Source: Acutalibacteraceae bacterium (GTDB lineage: Bacteria > Bacillota > Clostridia > Oscillospirales > Acutalibacteraceae). From it: 64,000 bases of DNA. The position numbers were made by a program, and so were the translations under genes. The DNA is taken from the NCBI GenBank assembly GCA_045657845.1, contig JAZOTY010000139.1:2830-66829 (forward strand), read 5' to 3'. Below the pieces are notes generated by a model. It was not told the DNA's origin. It saw only the letters and a program-made list of their open reading frames with translations, and did not search any database. Of this stretch, positions 54,567-64,000 are shown in pieces (within the stretch, counting starts at the first letter, position 1; each line of letters begins with the position of its first letter).

Positions 54567-56126
54567 ATGAGTCTGAAATCTTCCGAAAAAATCGATACCA
54601 ATCTCTATGAGCTCGTCATCGACGTAGACGGCGAGACCTTCAACAATGCCATCAACCAGGCATTCCAGAAGCAGAGAAAGAACATCACCATCCCGGGCTT
54701 CCGCAAAGGGAAGGCCACCCGCGGCATGGTCGAAAGATATTACGGCGAAGGCGTCTTCTACGAAGATGCGTTCGAGATCATCTATCCCGACGCAGTCGAA
54801 GAAGCCGTCAAGGAAGCCGGCATCGAGATCGTCGACAACCCCTTCGACGTGGACTTCAAGGAAGTCGGCAAAGACGGCCTGACCTTCTCTCTGAAAGCTA
54901 CCGTCAAACCCGAAGTCGAGATCGGCGACTACAAGAGCCTGGAGCTCAAGAAGCCCATCGCCGAAGTCACTGACGAAGACATCGACGCGGAACTCGCTTC
55001 CATGCAGGAGCGCGGCGCCCGTTTCGTCGAAGTCGACCGTGAGGCCAAACTCGACGACATGACCGTCATCGATTTCGAAGGTTTCGTCGACGACGTCGCA
55101 TTCGAAGGCGGCAAGGGCGAAGGCTATGAGCTGACCCTCGGCTCCGGCCAGTTCATCCCCGGTTTCGAAGACCAGATCGTCGGCCACAAAGTCGGCGAGG
55201 AATTCGACGTCAACGTCAAATTCCCGGAGGACTATGTCGAAGAGCTCGCGGCGAAAGACGCGGTCTTCAAAGTCAAACTGAACGCCATCAAGGAGAAGCA
55301 GCTTCCGGAACTGGACGATGACTTCGCCATGGACGTTTCCGAATATGACACCCTCGACGAGTACAAAGAGCACATCAAAGAGGACCTCGCGAAGACCAAG
55401 GCAGACGCTGCCGAGGCAGAGGTCGACTCCCAGATCTTCGAGAAGCTGGCCGGCCTCATCAAAGCCGAGATCCCGGAAGTCATGTTCGAGCATGAAGTCG
55501 ACAACGCCGTCCAGGACTTCGGATATCAGATCCAGTCCCAGGGCCTCGACCTTCCGACCTACCTCGCCTACACCGGCATGACCGAAGAAGCCCTTCGCGA
55601 CAGCTTCCGTGAGCGCGCCGAGAACCAGGTCAAGGTCCGCCTTGCCCTCGAGAAGATCGCCGAGCTCGAGAAGTTCGACGTCACCGACGAAGATGTCGAC
55701 GCTCAGTACAGCAAGCTTGCCGAGCAGTATGAGATGGACATTGAGACCATCAAGAGCATCCTGCCGGCTGAGGATATCAAGAAAGACGTCTCCACGACCA
55801 AGGCTCTTGACATCGTCAAGGAGACGGCCACCATCACCGAAGTCGATGCCAACGACTTCATCGCAGAGTCTGTAGCGGAGAAGATCGAAGCGGCAGAGGA
55901 GAAGGCCGAAGAGAAGAAACCGGCCAAGAAGACCGCCGCCAAGAAGACGACCGCGAAGAAGGCGGACGACGGCGAGAAGAAACCCGCCGCGAAGAAGACC
56001 GCTGCCAAGAAGACGACCGCGAAGAAGGCCGACGACGGCGAGAAGGCACCGGCAGCCAAGAAGACCACTGCCAAGAAGACGACTGCGAAGAAGACCACCA
56101 AAAAGGCAGACGACAAGGCAGAATAA
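54567..56126 (+). CDS. tig: Trigger factor (with a ~90-aa Lys/Ala/Thr-repeat C-terminal extension)
   Basis: 519 aa with the ribosome-binding motif IPGFRKGKATR, a central FKBP domain and a C-terminal arm domain, then a KKTAAKKTTAKKADDGEK repeat tail. Confidence 0.93.
   Translation: MSLKSSEKIDTNLYELVIDVDGETFNNAINQAFQKQRKNITIPGFRKGKATRGMVERYYGEGVFYEDAFEIIYPDAVEEAVKEAGIEIVDNPFDVDFKEVGKDGLTFSLKATVKPEVEIGDYKSLELKKPIAEVTDEDIDAELASMQERGARFVEVDREAKLDDMTVIDFEGFVDDVAFEGGKGEGYELTLGSGQFIPGFEDQIVGHKVGEEFDVNVKFPEDYVEELAAKDAVFKVKLNAIKEKQLPELDDDFAMDVSEYDTLDEYKEHIKEDLAKTKADAAEAEVDSQIFEKLAGLIKAEIPEVMFEHEVDNAVQDFGYQIQSQGLDLPTYLAYTGMTEEALRDSFRERAENQVKVRLALEKIAELEKFDVTDEDVDAQYSKLAEQYEMDIETIKSILPAEDIKKDVSTTKALDIVKETATITEVDANDFIAESVAEKIEAAEEKAEEKKPAKKTAAKKTTAKKADDGEKKPAAKKTAAKKTTAKKADDGEKAPAAKKTTAKKTTAKKTTKKADDKAE
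55926..56110 (+). repeat. In-frame 66-nt tandem repeat (about 2.7 copies) encoding KKTAAKKTTAKKADDGEKKPAA
   Basis: Units 55926-55991 and 55992-56057 are near-identical, with a partial third copy. Confidence 0.85.
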
Positions 56127-56233
56127 CGACGCATCATAACAGATGACTGTACTCTTTTCATAAAACAAAATGAAAGATTTGGACAGGCGGCGGGGGAAAC
56201 CTCGTCGCTTTCCGCAACCAGGGAGGTTTTACA

Positions 56234-56818
56234 ATGCCCTTAGTACCTTATGTCATTGAACAGACCAGCCGCGGAGAGCGTCAGTACGACATCTTCTCGA
56301 GACTCCTCGACGACCGTATCATCGTCCTCTCCGACGAGGTCAACGACGCGACTGCCAGCCTGGTCGTCGCACAGCTCCTGTTCCTGGAAGGTCAGGACGC
56401 GGAAAAAGACATCCACCTTTACATCAACAGCCCCGGCGGTTCCGTGACAGCCGGTATGGCGATCTACGACACCATGCAGTACATCAAGTGCGATGTCTCG
56501 ACCATCTGCATGGGCCTCGGCGCCAGCATGGGCGCGTTCCTGCTCGCGGCCGGCGCCAAAGGCAAGCGCTATGCTCTCCCGAACGCTGAGATCATGATCC
56601 ACCAGCCCTCCGGCGGCGCCAGAGGACAGGCGACCGAGATCCAGATCGTGGCAGAGAACATCCTGCGCACGAGAGAACGCCTGAACCGCATCCTCGCCGA
56701 GAACACCGGCAAGCCGATCGAAGTCATCGCCCAGGACACCGAGCGCGACAACTTCATGACGGCGGAAGAGGCCCTCGAATACGGCCTCATCGACAAAGTC
56801 CTCGACAAGAGAGACTAA
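56234..56818 (+). CDS. clpP: ATP-dependent Clp protease proteolytic subunit
   Basis: 194 aa with [28 protein letters not shown] (Ser) and MIHQP (His). Confidence 0.97.
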   Translation: MPLVPYVIEQTSRGERQYDIFSRLLDDRIIVLSDEVNDATASLVVAQLLFLEGQDAEKDIHLYINSPGGSVTAGMAIYDTMQYIKCDVSTICMGLGASMGAFLLAAGAKGKRYALPNAEIMIHQPSGGARGQATEIQIVAENILRTRERLNRILAENTGKPIEVIAQDTERDNFMTAEEALEYGLIDKVLDKRD

Positions 56819-56834
56819 ACGGAGGGAACCTACA

Positions 56835-58163
56835 TTGGCCAGAAACGACCAGATGAGACTTCGCTGCAGCTTCTGCGGTAAGACGCAGGACCAGGTCGAC
56901 AAGCTCATCTCCGGTATGAACGACACGTTCATCTGCGACGAGTGCGTAGAGCTCTGTATGGAACTCGTCAACGATGACCTGGAACTGAAGGCGGCACAGA
57001 AGCGCCAGCGGGCCCAGAAAAATGCCAAACCCCTGCCGAAACCGCAGGAGATCAAAGCGACCCTGGACGAATATGTCATCGGTCAGGAGCGCGCGAAGAT
57101 CACCCTGTCGGTCGCGGTCTACAACCACTACAAGCGCATCTTCTGCGGCGACCAGACGGACGTCGAACTCCAGAAGAGCAACGTCCTGCTCCTCGGCCCC
57201 ACCGGTGTCGGGAAAACGATGCTGGCGCAGACACTGGCCCGGACTCTGGACGTCCCCTTTGCGGTGGCCGATGCCACGACCCTGACGGAAGCGGGCTATG
57301 TCGGAGAAGATGTCGAGAACATCCTGCTCCGGCTCATCCAGGCGGCCGACTTCGACGTCGAGCGCGCCGAGACCGGCATCATCTATGTCGACGAGATCGA
57401 CAAGATCGCCCGGAAGTCCGAAAACCCGTCCATCACCCGCGATGTCTCCGGCGAAGGTGTTCAGCAGGCACTGCTGAAGATCCTCGAAGGGACCGTTTCC
57501 AACGTTCCTCCCCAGGGCGGACGGAAACATCCCCAGCAGGAGTTCATCCAGGTCGACACTTCGAACATCCTCTTCATCTGCGGCGGTGCCTTCGACGGCA
57601 TCGAGAAGATCGTGGAGAAACGCTCCGGCAACGGCGGCCTCGGCTTCGGCGCCGAGATCAAATCGACGAAGGAAATGGAACTGACCGAAGCCATGCAGAA
57701 CGTCATTCCCCAGGACCTCGTCAAATATGGTCTCATCCCCGAACTCGTCGGCCGTATCCCGGTCCTCACGACCCTCGACGACCTCGACGAAGACGCGCTC
57801 GTCCGCATCCTGAAGGAGCCGAAGAACTCCCTCGTCAAGCAGTATCAGGAGCTGTTCCGCATGGACAATGTGGAACTCGAACTGGACGATGCCGCACTCG
57901 TTGCCATCGCCAAGGAGACCCTCGAGAAGAAGACCGGCGCCCGCGGTCTGCGCGGCGTCATGGAACGTGTCCTGCAGCCTCTCATGTACGAGAGCCCGTC
58001 CGACTACCGGATCGAGAAGATCACCATCACCGAAGACTATGTCCTCGGCAAGTCGGAACCGACGCTCATTCGCAATGAGGCAAGAGAGCAGCCGGCACCG
58101 CTTCTGGTGGCTCCGGCCTCTGCCGCTCCGCAGAGGCGCAACCGACGCGGAAACGTCAGTTAA
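56835..58163 (+). CDS. clpX: ATP-dependent Clp protease ATP-binding subunit ClpX
   Basis: 442 aa with a TTG start (GGAGGG SD). Zinc finger CSFCGK...CDEC and Walker A GPTGVGKT. Confidence 0.96.
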   Translation: MARNDQMRLRCSFCGKTQDQVDKLISGMNDTFICDECVELCMELVNDDLELKAAQKRQRAQKNAKPLPKPQEIKATLDEYVIGQERAKITLSVAVYNHYKRIFCGDQTDVELQKSNVLLLGPTGVGKTMLAQTLARTLDVPFAVADATTLTEAGYVGEDVENILLRLIQAADFDVERAETGIIYVDEIDKIARKSENPSITRDVSGEGVQQALLKILEGTVSNVPPQGGRKHPQQEFIQVDTSNILFICGGAFDGIEKIVEKRSGNGGLGFGAEIKSTKEMELTEAMQNVIPQDLVKYGLIPELVGRIPVLTTLDDLDEDALVRILKEPKNSLVKQYQELFRMDNVELELDDAALVAIAKETLEKKTGARGLRGVMERVLQPLMYESPSDYRIEKITITEDYVLGKSEPTLIRNEAREQPAPLLVAPASAAPQRRNRRGNVS

Positions 58164-58171
58164 GACTGCAC

Positions 58172-58210
58172 GCGGGACTGCTCCTGAAGAGGGAACAGTT
58201 CCGCTTTTTT
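58172..58210 (+). terminator. Intrinsic terminator/attenuator between clpX and lon
   Basis: GCGGGACTG (58172-58180) / CAGTTCCGC (58196-58204) stem followed by TTTTTT. Confidence 0.65.
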
Positions 58211-58243
58211 GACTATATCAACGAACAGGTGGTGAACCACTGA

Positions 58244-60589
58244 ATGGATAATACCGATCGCAACGTCTATGCCATCCCCGTCGTCGCGCTGCGCGGACTC
58301 GTCGTGTTCCCGGAAATGGTGCTCCATTTCGACATCGCACGGCAGAAGTCCATCAACGCCATCCATGCGGCGATGGAATACGGGCAGGAGGTCTTTCTCC
58401 TGACCCAGAAGTCTCCCGAGACGGAGAACCCCGCCTTCGGACAGCTTTATAAAACCGGCGTCATCGCCCACATCCGCCAGGTCATCGCGGTGCCGGACTC
58501 CGACAACCTCCGCGTCATCGTCGAGGGCAGGGAGCGGGCGAAACTGGAGAACGGCTACGACGGCTCGTTCCTCTATGCCGACGTCCAGAAGATCCCGCAA
58601 AAGGGCTACGCGAAGAAGGATGAGGAATACGCCCTCGCCCTCATGCGCAAGGTCCGCGACTATTTCAACGACTACGCCGACTACTCGCCGAAGGTGGCGC
58701 CGGACGTCATGCTCCGGGTCGTCGATGACGACTCTCCGGGAGGCATCGCCGACTACATCGCCTCCGTGGTGAAACTCGACTTTGCCGAGAAGCAGAAGAT
58801 CCTCGAGACCCTGCACCCGCTGCGCCGTCTCGAACTCGTCTGCGAGATCCTCGCCCGCGAGATCGACATGCTGAAACTCGAGTCCGAGATCTCTCGGAAA
58901 GTCGAGCAGAACGTCGATGACAACCAGCGCGAATACTACCTTCGCGAACAGATGCGCGTCCTCTCCGAGGAACTCGACGGCGGCGACGGCGTCGACGAGA
59001 TCGACGAGTACCGGAAGAAGATCAACGGCATCAAAAACATCGAAGACAAGTACCGGGACAAGCTCCTCAAGGAGCTGAGCCGACTGCAGAAGATGGGCGG
59101 CAACCCGAGTTCCGAAGCCACGGTCGTGCGCAACTACCTCGACGTGGTCCTGGACCTGCCCTGGGACGAGAGTTCCAAAGACAACCTCGACATCGAGAAG
59201 GCCCGCAAAGTCCTCGACCGGGACCACTACGGCCTCGACGACGTCAAGGACCGGGTCATCGAGCTGCTGGCCGTCCGCAAACTGGCTCCGGACATCACCG
59301 GGCAGATCATCTGCCTCGCCGGACCTCCCGGCGTCGGCAAGACGTCCATCGCCCAGTCCCTGGCGAAAGCCCTCGGACGGAAGTATGAACGCATCTCCCT
59401 CGGCGGCGTCCGAGACGAAGCCGAGATCCGCGGTCACCGGAAGACCTACATCGGCGCCATGCCCGGCCGCGTGATGGCCGCCATGACCGATGCCGGCACC
59501 AACAACCCGCTCATCCTCTTCGACGAGATCGACAAGATGGGCGCCGACGTCCGCGGCGACCCCGCGTCCGCCATGCTTGAAGTCCTCGACGCCGAACAGA
59601 ACAAGGCCTTTGTCGACCACTTCGTCGAAGTGCCGTTCGACCTCTCGAAGGTCCTGTTCCTGACGACCGCGAACAACAAGGCGAATATCCCGGCACCGCT
59701 CCTCGACCGCATGGAGGTCATCGACCTCTACAGCTACACGGCGGAGGAGAAGTTCCACATCGCCAAACGGCATCTCATCCCGAAGGCCCTGAAGCGCCAC
59801 GGGATCGAGAAGACCCAGCTTAAGATCACCGATGCCGCGCTGCGCCACATCATCTCGGACTACACGAGAGAGGCCGGCGTCCGGATCCTCGAGCGGAAGA
59901 TCCACGAGATCTGCCGCAAGACCGCGCTCCGGATCGTCACCGATCCCGAGTACAAAGTCTCCGTCAAAGTGGGCGACCTCGTCGACCTGCTGGGCGTCCC
60001 GCACTTCAAGGAATCCACCGAACTCGCCGATGAAGTCGGCGTCACCAACGGCCTTGCCTGGACGTCGGTCGGCGGCGAGATGCTGAAGGTGGAAGCGGCG
60101 GTCATGGACGGCAAGGGCCGTCTCGAACTGACCGGTTCCCTCGGCGACGTCATGAAGGAGTCCGCCCGTGCCGCGGTCAGCTACATCCGCACGAACGCGG
60201 ACAAGCTGAAGATCGAGCCCGAGTTCTACGAGAGCAAGGACATCCATATCCACGTGCCGGAAGGCGCGGTCCCGAAAGACGGCCCCTCCGCCGGCGTCAC
60301 CATCGCGACGAGCCTTCTGTCCGCCCTCACGGGCTCCAAGGTCGACGGCCATGTGGCCATGACCGGCGAGATCTCCCTGACCGGACGGGTCATGCCGATC
60401 GGCGGTCTCAAAGAGAAGACGATGGCGGCTTACAAGGCCGGCATCCGGACCGTCATCATCCCGAAGGACAATGTTCCCGATCTCCAGGACGTCGACGACG
60501 TCGTGAAGAAGAACATCGAATTCATCCCGGTCTCCAGCCTCGGACAGGTCTGGAACCGCGCGATCATGAAAGACGGCAACGTTTTATGA
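58244..60589 (+). CDS. lon: ATP-dependent Lon protease (LonA)
   Basis: 781 aa with the LON N-domain, Walker A GPPGVGKTS and the protease Ser motif PKDGPSAGV. Confidence 0.96.
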   Translation: MDNTDRNVYAIPVVALRGLVVFPEMVLHFDIARQKSINAIHAAMEYGQEVFLLTQKSPETENPAFGQLYKTGVIAHIRQVIAVPDSDNLRVIVEGRERAKLENGYDGSFLYADVQKIPQKGYAKKDEEYALALMRKVRDYFNDYADYSPKVAPDVMLRVVDDDSPGGIADYIASVVKLDFAEKQKILETLHPLRRLELVCEILAREIDMLKLESEISRKVEQNVDDNQREYYLREQMRVLSEELDGGDGVDEIDEYRKKINGIKNIEDKYRDKLLKELSRLQKMGGNPSSEATVVRNYLDVVLDLPWDESSKDNLDIEKARKVLDRDHYGLDDVKDRVIELLAVRKLAPDITGQIICLAGPPGVGKTSIAQSLAKALGRKYERISLGGVRDEAEIRGHRKTYIGAMPGRVMAAMTDAGTNNPLILFDEIDKMGADVRGDPASAMLEVLDAEQNKAFVDHFVEVPFDLSKVLFLTTANNKANIPAPLLDRMEVIDLYSYTAEEKFHIAKRHLIPKALKRHGIEKTQLKITDAALRHIISDYTREAGVRILERKIHEICRKTALRIVTDPEYKVSVKVGDLVDLLGVPHFKESTELADEVGVTNGLAWTSVGGEMLKVEAAVMDGKGRLELTGSLGDVMKESARAAVSYIRTNADKLKIEPEFYESKDIHIHVPEGAVPKDGPSAGVTIATSLLSALTGSKVDGHVAMTGEISLTGRVMPIGGLKEKTMAAYKAGIRTVIIPKDNVPDLQDVDDVVKKNIEFIPVSSLGQVWNRAIMKDGNVL

Positions 60590-61176
60590 GATTTGACAAT
60601 GTGACCTATGAGGCCTCCTACGGCACCTTCAAGCAGCTTCCGAAGAGCACACAGCCGGAAGTCTGCTTCTCGGGCCGGTCCAACGTCGGGAAGTCCTCAC
60701 TGATCAACAAAATACTGAACCGCAAGCAGCTGGCCCGCGTCAGCTCGCAGCCGGGGAAGACCATCACCATCAACTTTTACAAAGGCGACGGCATCAAACT
60801 GGTCGACCTCCCGGGCTACGGCTACGCGAAGGCCTCCAATGCGGAGCGCGACCGCTGGGGGAAGATGATCAACGGCTACTTCACGTCCGATCGGAACATC
60901 CCCCTGGTCGTCCAGCTCATCGACATGCGGCACAAGCCCTCCAAAGACGATCTGCAGATGCTGCAGTTCCTGATGGAGACGAACACCACGTTCATCGTCG
61001 CCCTCACGAAGAGCGACAAACTCAACAAGACACAGTACCGGGAAGCGCTCGCCGAGCGCTCCTCGGAGATCGCGCAGTTCGGCGCCATCGCCATCGTCCC
61101 GTTCTCCGCCAAGACCGGGGAAGGGGCGGAGACCATCCGCCAGTTCATCGCCGATTCCGTCAAGTATGTTTCGTAG
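60586..61176 (+). CDS. engB: Ribosome biogenesis GTP-binding protein YsxC/EngB
   Basis: 196 aa with GRSNVGKSS, DLPGYGYA and TKSDK. 4-nt overlap with lon. Confidence 0.92.
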   Translation: MRFDNVTYEASYGTFKQLPKSTQPEVCFSGRSNVGKSSLINKILNRKQLARVSSQPGKTITINFYKGDGIKLVDLPGYGYAKASNAERDRWGKMINGYFTSDRNIPLVVQLIDMRHKPSKDDLQMLQFLMETNTTFIVALTKSDKLNKTQYREALAERSSEIAQFGAIAIVPFSAKTGEGAETIRQFIADSVKYVS

Positions 61177-61184
61177 TTTAACAC

Positions 61185-61213
61185 TTTACAACGCGAAAAA
61201 ATAATGTTAGAAT
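61185..61213 (+). promoter_or_regulatory. Putative promoter for the yerC-like gene and hslO
   Basis: TTTACA (61185-61190), N17, TAGAAT (61208-61213). Confidence 0.5.
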
Positions 61214-61248
61214 GACATTTACAGAAAATGCTTACGGGAGGACGAACC

Positions 61249-61542
61249 ATGACGGAAAAACTGAAAGACGCCAACATGGATTTCTTATTCGACTCGATCC
61301 TGAAACTGGAGACCCGGGAAGAGTGCTACAAGTTCTTTGAGGACCTGTGCACCGTCAATGAACTCAAGTCCATCTCCCAGCGGGTCGTCGTCGCGAAAAT
61401 GCTGACGGAAAAACGCGTGTACAGCGACATCGTTGCCGCCACCGGCGCGTCGACCGCCACCATCTCCCGCGTCAACCGTTCCCTGAGCTACGGGGAAGGC
61501 GGTTACGACATCGTGTTCGAACGCTTAGAGAAAGGCGAATGA
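61249..61542 (+). CDS. YerC/YecD-family (TrpR-related) DNA-binding protein
   Basis: The ATG at 61249 (GGGAGGA SD) gives 97 aa, ...ECYKFFEDLCTVNELKSISQRVVVAKML...ATISRVNRSL. Confidence 0.8.
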   Translation: MTEKLKDANMDFLFDSILKLETREECYKFFEDLCTVNELKSISQRVVVAKMLTEKRVYSDIVAATGASTATISRVNRSLSYGEGGYDIVFERLEKGE

Positions 61543-61552
61543 CCACTTCTTT

Positions 61553-62431
61553 ATGAGTAATCTTGTCCGTTGCATCGATCCGTCCGGACAGCTGACCTGC
61601 ATGGCGGCCGACACGACCGCCATGGTACGGGAAGCAAAACGGATCCACCAGACATCCAATGTATGTACGGCGGCCCTCGGCCGTCTCCTGACTGCAGCCT
61701 CTTTCATGGGTATCACCCTGAAGGGGGCCGATCATTCTGTCACGCTGCGGATCGCGGGGGACGGGCCCGCCGGATCTGTCATCGCGGTCTCTGACGCGAA
61801 GGGCAACACCCGCGGCTATGTCATGAACCCGGACGTCCGCGTCCCGAACAAGTCGGAGCGGAAACTGGATGTGGGCGGTGCGGTCGGCCGCAACGGAACG
61901 CTGTCCGTCATCAAGGACCTCGGCCTCAAGGACCCCTATGTCGGTCAGGTCCCGCTGGTCTCGGGCGAAGTGGCCGAGGACATCACGGGCTACTATGCGA
62001 TCAGCGAACAGACCCCGTCGGTCGTGTCTCTCGGCGTGCTCTGCACCCCGGACACGGAAGAGGTCATCGTCGCCGGAGGCTTCCTCATCCAGCTCCTGCC
62101 GACCGCCACCGAGGAGACCATCTCAAAGGTGGAAGAGGGACTGGTCGGCCTGCCCGCCGTCACGACCATGCTGACCGACGGACTGAGCCCGTTCGAGATC
62201 CTGAAAAAGGCGCTTCCGAACTTCGAACTCGAGGTCCTGGAAGAGGCGGATACCGCGTACGTATGCGACTGTTCGAGAGCCCGGGTCGAGAAAGCGCTCA
62301 TCTCTCTCGGACCCGAAGAACTCGAGGAAATGGCTCGCGATGAGACCACGGAAGTGGGCTGTCAGTTCTGCGATAAAAAGTACTATTTTACTTCCTCGGA
62401 GCTGCGGAAACTTTCCGAAAAAAGTGGTTGA
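61553..62431 (+). CDS. hslO: Redox-regulated chaperone Hsp33
   Basis: 292 aa with the C-terminal zinc centre CDCS...CQFC. Confidence 0.92.
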   Translation: MSNLVRCIDPSGQLTCMAADTTAMVREAKRIHQTSNVCTAALGRLLTAASFMGITLKGADHSVTLRIAGDGPAGSVIAVSDAKGNTRGYVMNPDVRVPNKSERKLDVGGAVGRNGTLSVIKDLGLKDPYVGQVPLVSGEVAEDITGYYAISEQTPSVVSLGVLCTPDTEEVIVAGGFLIQLLPTATEETISKVEEGLVGLPAVTTMLTDGLSPFEILKKALPNFELEVLEEADTAYVCDCSRARVEKALISLGPEELEEMARDETTEVGCQFCDKKYYFTSSELRKLSEKSG

Positions 62432-62456
62432 CAATGCCTATTAAATGCATTATTAT
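62428..62456 (+). promoter_or_regulatory. Promoter of the tRNA operon
   Basis: TTGACA (62428-62433, overlapping the hslO stop), N17, TATTAT (62451-62456). Confidence 0.6.
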
Positions 62457-62515
62457 ATAAATCGTCGTCGGAACAGGGAACGCACCACAGCGGAGTTTCG
62501 AAGGCCCAATTTTTT

Positions 62516-62591
62516 GGGAGTATAGCTCAGCTGGGAGAGCACTTGCCTTACAAGCAAGGGGTCACAGGTTCGAGCCCTGTTACTCCCACCA
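62516..62591 (+). tRNA. tRNA-Val (anticodon TAC), CCA encoded
   Basis: Cloverleaf read by hand: acceptor GGGAGTA/TACTCCC, D arm GCTC..GAGC, anticodon loop CTTACAA, T arm ACAGG-TTCGAGC-CCTGT. Confidence 0.93.
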
Positions 62592-62601
62592 TCAACAATA
62601 T

Positions 62602-62678
62602 GGCCCGGTAGTTCAGCTGGTTAGAACGCTAGCCTGTCACGCTAGAGGTCGACGGTTCGAGTCCGTTCCGGGTCGCCA
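62602..62678 (+). tRNA. tRNA-Asp (anticodon GTC), CCA encoded
   Basis: Acceptor GGCCCGG/CCGGGTC, anticodon stem CTAGC/GCTAG with loop CTGTCAC, T loop TTCGAGT. Confidence 0.93.
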
Positions 62679-62685
62679 CTCTTGT

Positions 62686-62761
<76 letters not shown>

Positions 62762-62766
62762 TTTAT

Positions 62767-62842
62767 GCGGATTTAGCTCATCTGGTAGAGCGCCACCTTG
62801 CCAAGGTGGAGGTAGCGGGTTCGAGCCCCGTAATCCGCTCCA
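62767..62842 (+). tRNA. tRNA-Gly (anticodon GCC), CCA encoded
   Basis: Acceptor GCGGATT/AATCCGC, anticodon stem CCACC/GGTGG with loop TTGCCAA, T loop TTCGAGC. Confidence 0.93.
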
Positions 62843-62853
62843 TTTTTTTATTT

Positions 62854-62928
<75 letters not shown>

Positions 62929-62937
62929 CTAAAAGGA

Positions 62938-62968
62938 GTCCAGCACAGAACGTGCTGGACTTTTTCGT
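62938..62968 (+). terminator. Intrinsic terminator of the tRNA operon
   Basis: GTCCAGCAC, loop AGAAC, GTGCTGGAC, followed by TTTTTCGTTTTT. Confidence 0.85.
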
Positions 62969-63026
62969 TTTTGCCCGTTATATTGAGAGTAGATGTTTGC
63001 GGAACAAATGATGAGGAGGTAGAACC

Positions 63027-63833
63027 ATGGCACTGACCGACGCGCAACTCGAACGGTATGCGAGACATCTCATCCTGAAACAGATCGGCGTGAAGGGGCA
63101 GAAGGCCCTGCTCGCGGCAAAGGTCCTGGTCATCGGCGCCGGCGGCCTCGGCAGCCCGGTCCTGGCCTATCTGGCGGCGGCCGGAGTGGGGACCCTCGGC
63201 ATCTGCGACGGCGACGTCGTCTCTCTGTCGAACCTGCAGCGCCAGATCCTCTATACGACCGATGAGATCGGCGAGCCGAAGGTGGAGTGCGCAAAGCGCC
63301 GTCTTTCGGCGATGAACCCCGATGTCACTTTCGAACTCTATCACGATTATCTGACGCCCGACAATATCATGGACGTGATCGCCCCTTACGATATCGTCGT
63401 CGACTGCGTCGACACCTTCGCGGTGAAGTATATGATCAACGACGCCTGTGTCCTGGCGAAGAAGCCGTTCGTCCACGGGGGCATCCTCGGATTCTCCGGT
63501 CAGGTCCTGACCTGTCTGCCCGGAACCGCCTGCTTCCGCTGTTTCTTCCGCGACCCGCCTCCGAGAGAGGTGTCGCCGACCTGCGCCGAAGTCGGCGTCG
63601 TCGGCGTCACGCCCGGGTTCATCGGGACCCTCCAGGCCACCGAAGTCGTCAAGTTCCTGACCGGGACCGGAACGCTCCTGACCAACACGCTGCTGGTGGT
63701 CCACGGGGACGATATGGAATTCGCACGGCTCGAGCTGCCGGAACCGGACGAAGACTGCCCGGTCTGCGGGAAGCATCCGACCATTCTGAAAGCGGAACTG
63801 GCCGATCAGCCGGTCTGTGAGATCAAAAACTGA
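63027..63833 (+). CDS. ThiF/MoeB/HesA-family adenylyltransferase
   Basis: 268 aa with ERYARHLIL, the Rossmann motif VIGAGGLGS, and CFRC...CPVC zinc cysteines. Confidence 0.85.
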   Translation: MALTDAQLERYARHLILKQIGVKGQKALLAAKVLVIGAGGLGSPVLAYLAAAGVGTLGICDGDVVSLSNLQRQILYTTDEIGEPKVECAKRRLSAMNPDVTFELYHDYLTPDNIMDVIAPYDIVVDCVDTFAVKYMINDACVLAKKPFVHGGILGFSGQVLTCLPGTACFRCFFRDPPPREVSPTCAEVGVVGVTPGFIGTLQATEVVKFLTGTGTLLTNTLLVVHGDDMEFARLELPEPDEDCPVCGKHPTILKAELADQPVCEIKN

Positions 63834-63861
63834 CTCAAGCACAAGAAATAATGTATAGAAT

Positions 63862-63897
63862 AGCAATCCTGTATGCATACAGAATTGCTTTTTTTAT
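63862..63897 (+). terminator. Intrinsic terminator
   Basis: AGCAATCCTGTATG / CATACAGAATTGCT imperfect palindrome followed by TTTTTTT. Confidence 0.75.
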
Positions 63898-64000
63898 ATA
63901 GTTGTGTCTATAATCAAAGTTGAATGAGCATGTCTTTGAACGGACTCTGTTTGTGGTGGACGTGACCCGTTCAAAAGGCAATCATGATGAAATGTAAAAA

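Noticed and set aside
49-60352. Very long ORFs antisense to, or out of frame with, the called genes. Examples: 49-843 (+), 1879-4617 (+, 912 aa), 4775-7720 (-, 981 aa), 17346-19460 (+, 704 aa), 34441-36888 (-, 815 aa), 40627-42600 (-, 657 aa), 44602-46689 (-, 695 aa), 58160-60352 (-, 730 aa).
   Set aside because: They are shadows of high-GC coding sequence, which is poor in stop codons on the opposite strand. Their translations are Arg/Gly/Asp/Val/Pro-rich low-complexity strings with no motifs. Each fully overlaps a gene with unambiguous family signatures, an SD sequence and operon logic.

Overview
This window is 64 kb of a high-GC Firmicutes/Clostridia-type chromosome. The taxonomic call is an inference from gene content and operon architecture. 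Coding regions are GC-rich and intergenic regions AT-rich, and about 90% of the window is coding, almost all housekeeping genes.

Gene content, left to right:
- trkH-trkA-trkA and valS on the minus strand.
- murE plus a FemAB-family transferase, a pseudouridine synthase, an alpha/beta hydrolase, murA, an MBL hydrolase and rlmH.
- Two low-complexity membrane-anchored proteins and a lipoprotein.
- Two tandem MgtC genes.
- serA-serC and the complete rnfCDGEAB operon (minus strand).
- An orphan mcsA-mcsB pair and a GT2 glycosyltransferase.
- GTP-dependent PEP carboxykinase, an orphan acyl carrier protein and proS.
- The classical rimP-nusA-ylxR-ylxQ-infB-rbfA-nrnA-truB-ribF-rpsO-pnp cluster.
- A radical-SAM TIGR03960/TIGR03936 pair plus an unknown membrane protein.
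- trmB, rplS, two lepB copies, rbgA, rnhB, yraN, thrC and a metallophosphoesterase.
- tig-clpP-clpX-lon-engB, a yerC-like gene and hslO.
- A five-tRNA operon (Val-Asp-Phe-Gly-Cys) and a ThiF/MoeB-family gene.

I saw no mobile elements, cas genes, defence systems or rRNA.

The stretch the gene map does not explain is the ~830-bp non-coding island at 46.5-47.35 kb, between convergent genes. It contains:
- An exactly 74-bp-periodic array of five units (six with a degenerate first copy). Each unit is built on an invariant TTACCGCC-N24-GGCGGTAA inverted repeat.
- A GC-rich block dense in hairpins.
- Four ~22-nt GGGAG/CUCCC repeats.

Secondary curiosities:
- A 540-bp AT-rich, palindrome-dense region upstream of the orphan acpP.
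- mcsAB without ctsR or clpC.
- A perfect 13-bp inverted repeat at the start of the rnf leader.
- A MurE lacking the DNPR motif, next to a FemAB gene.
- Several proteins with tandem-repeat low-complexity tails.

All functional calls come from reading the translated ORFs and motifs by eye. No database search was run.
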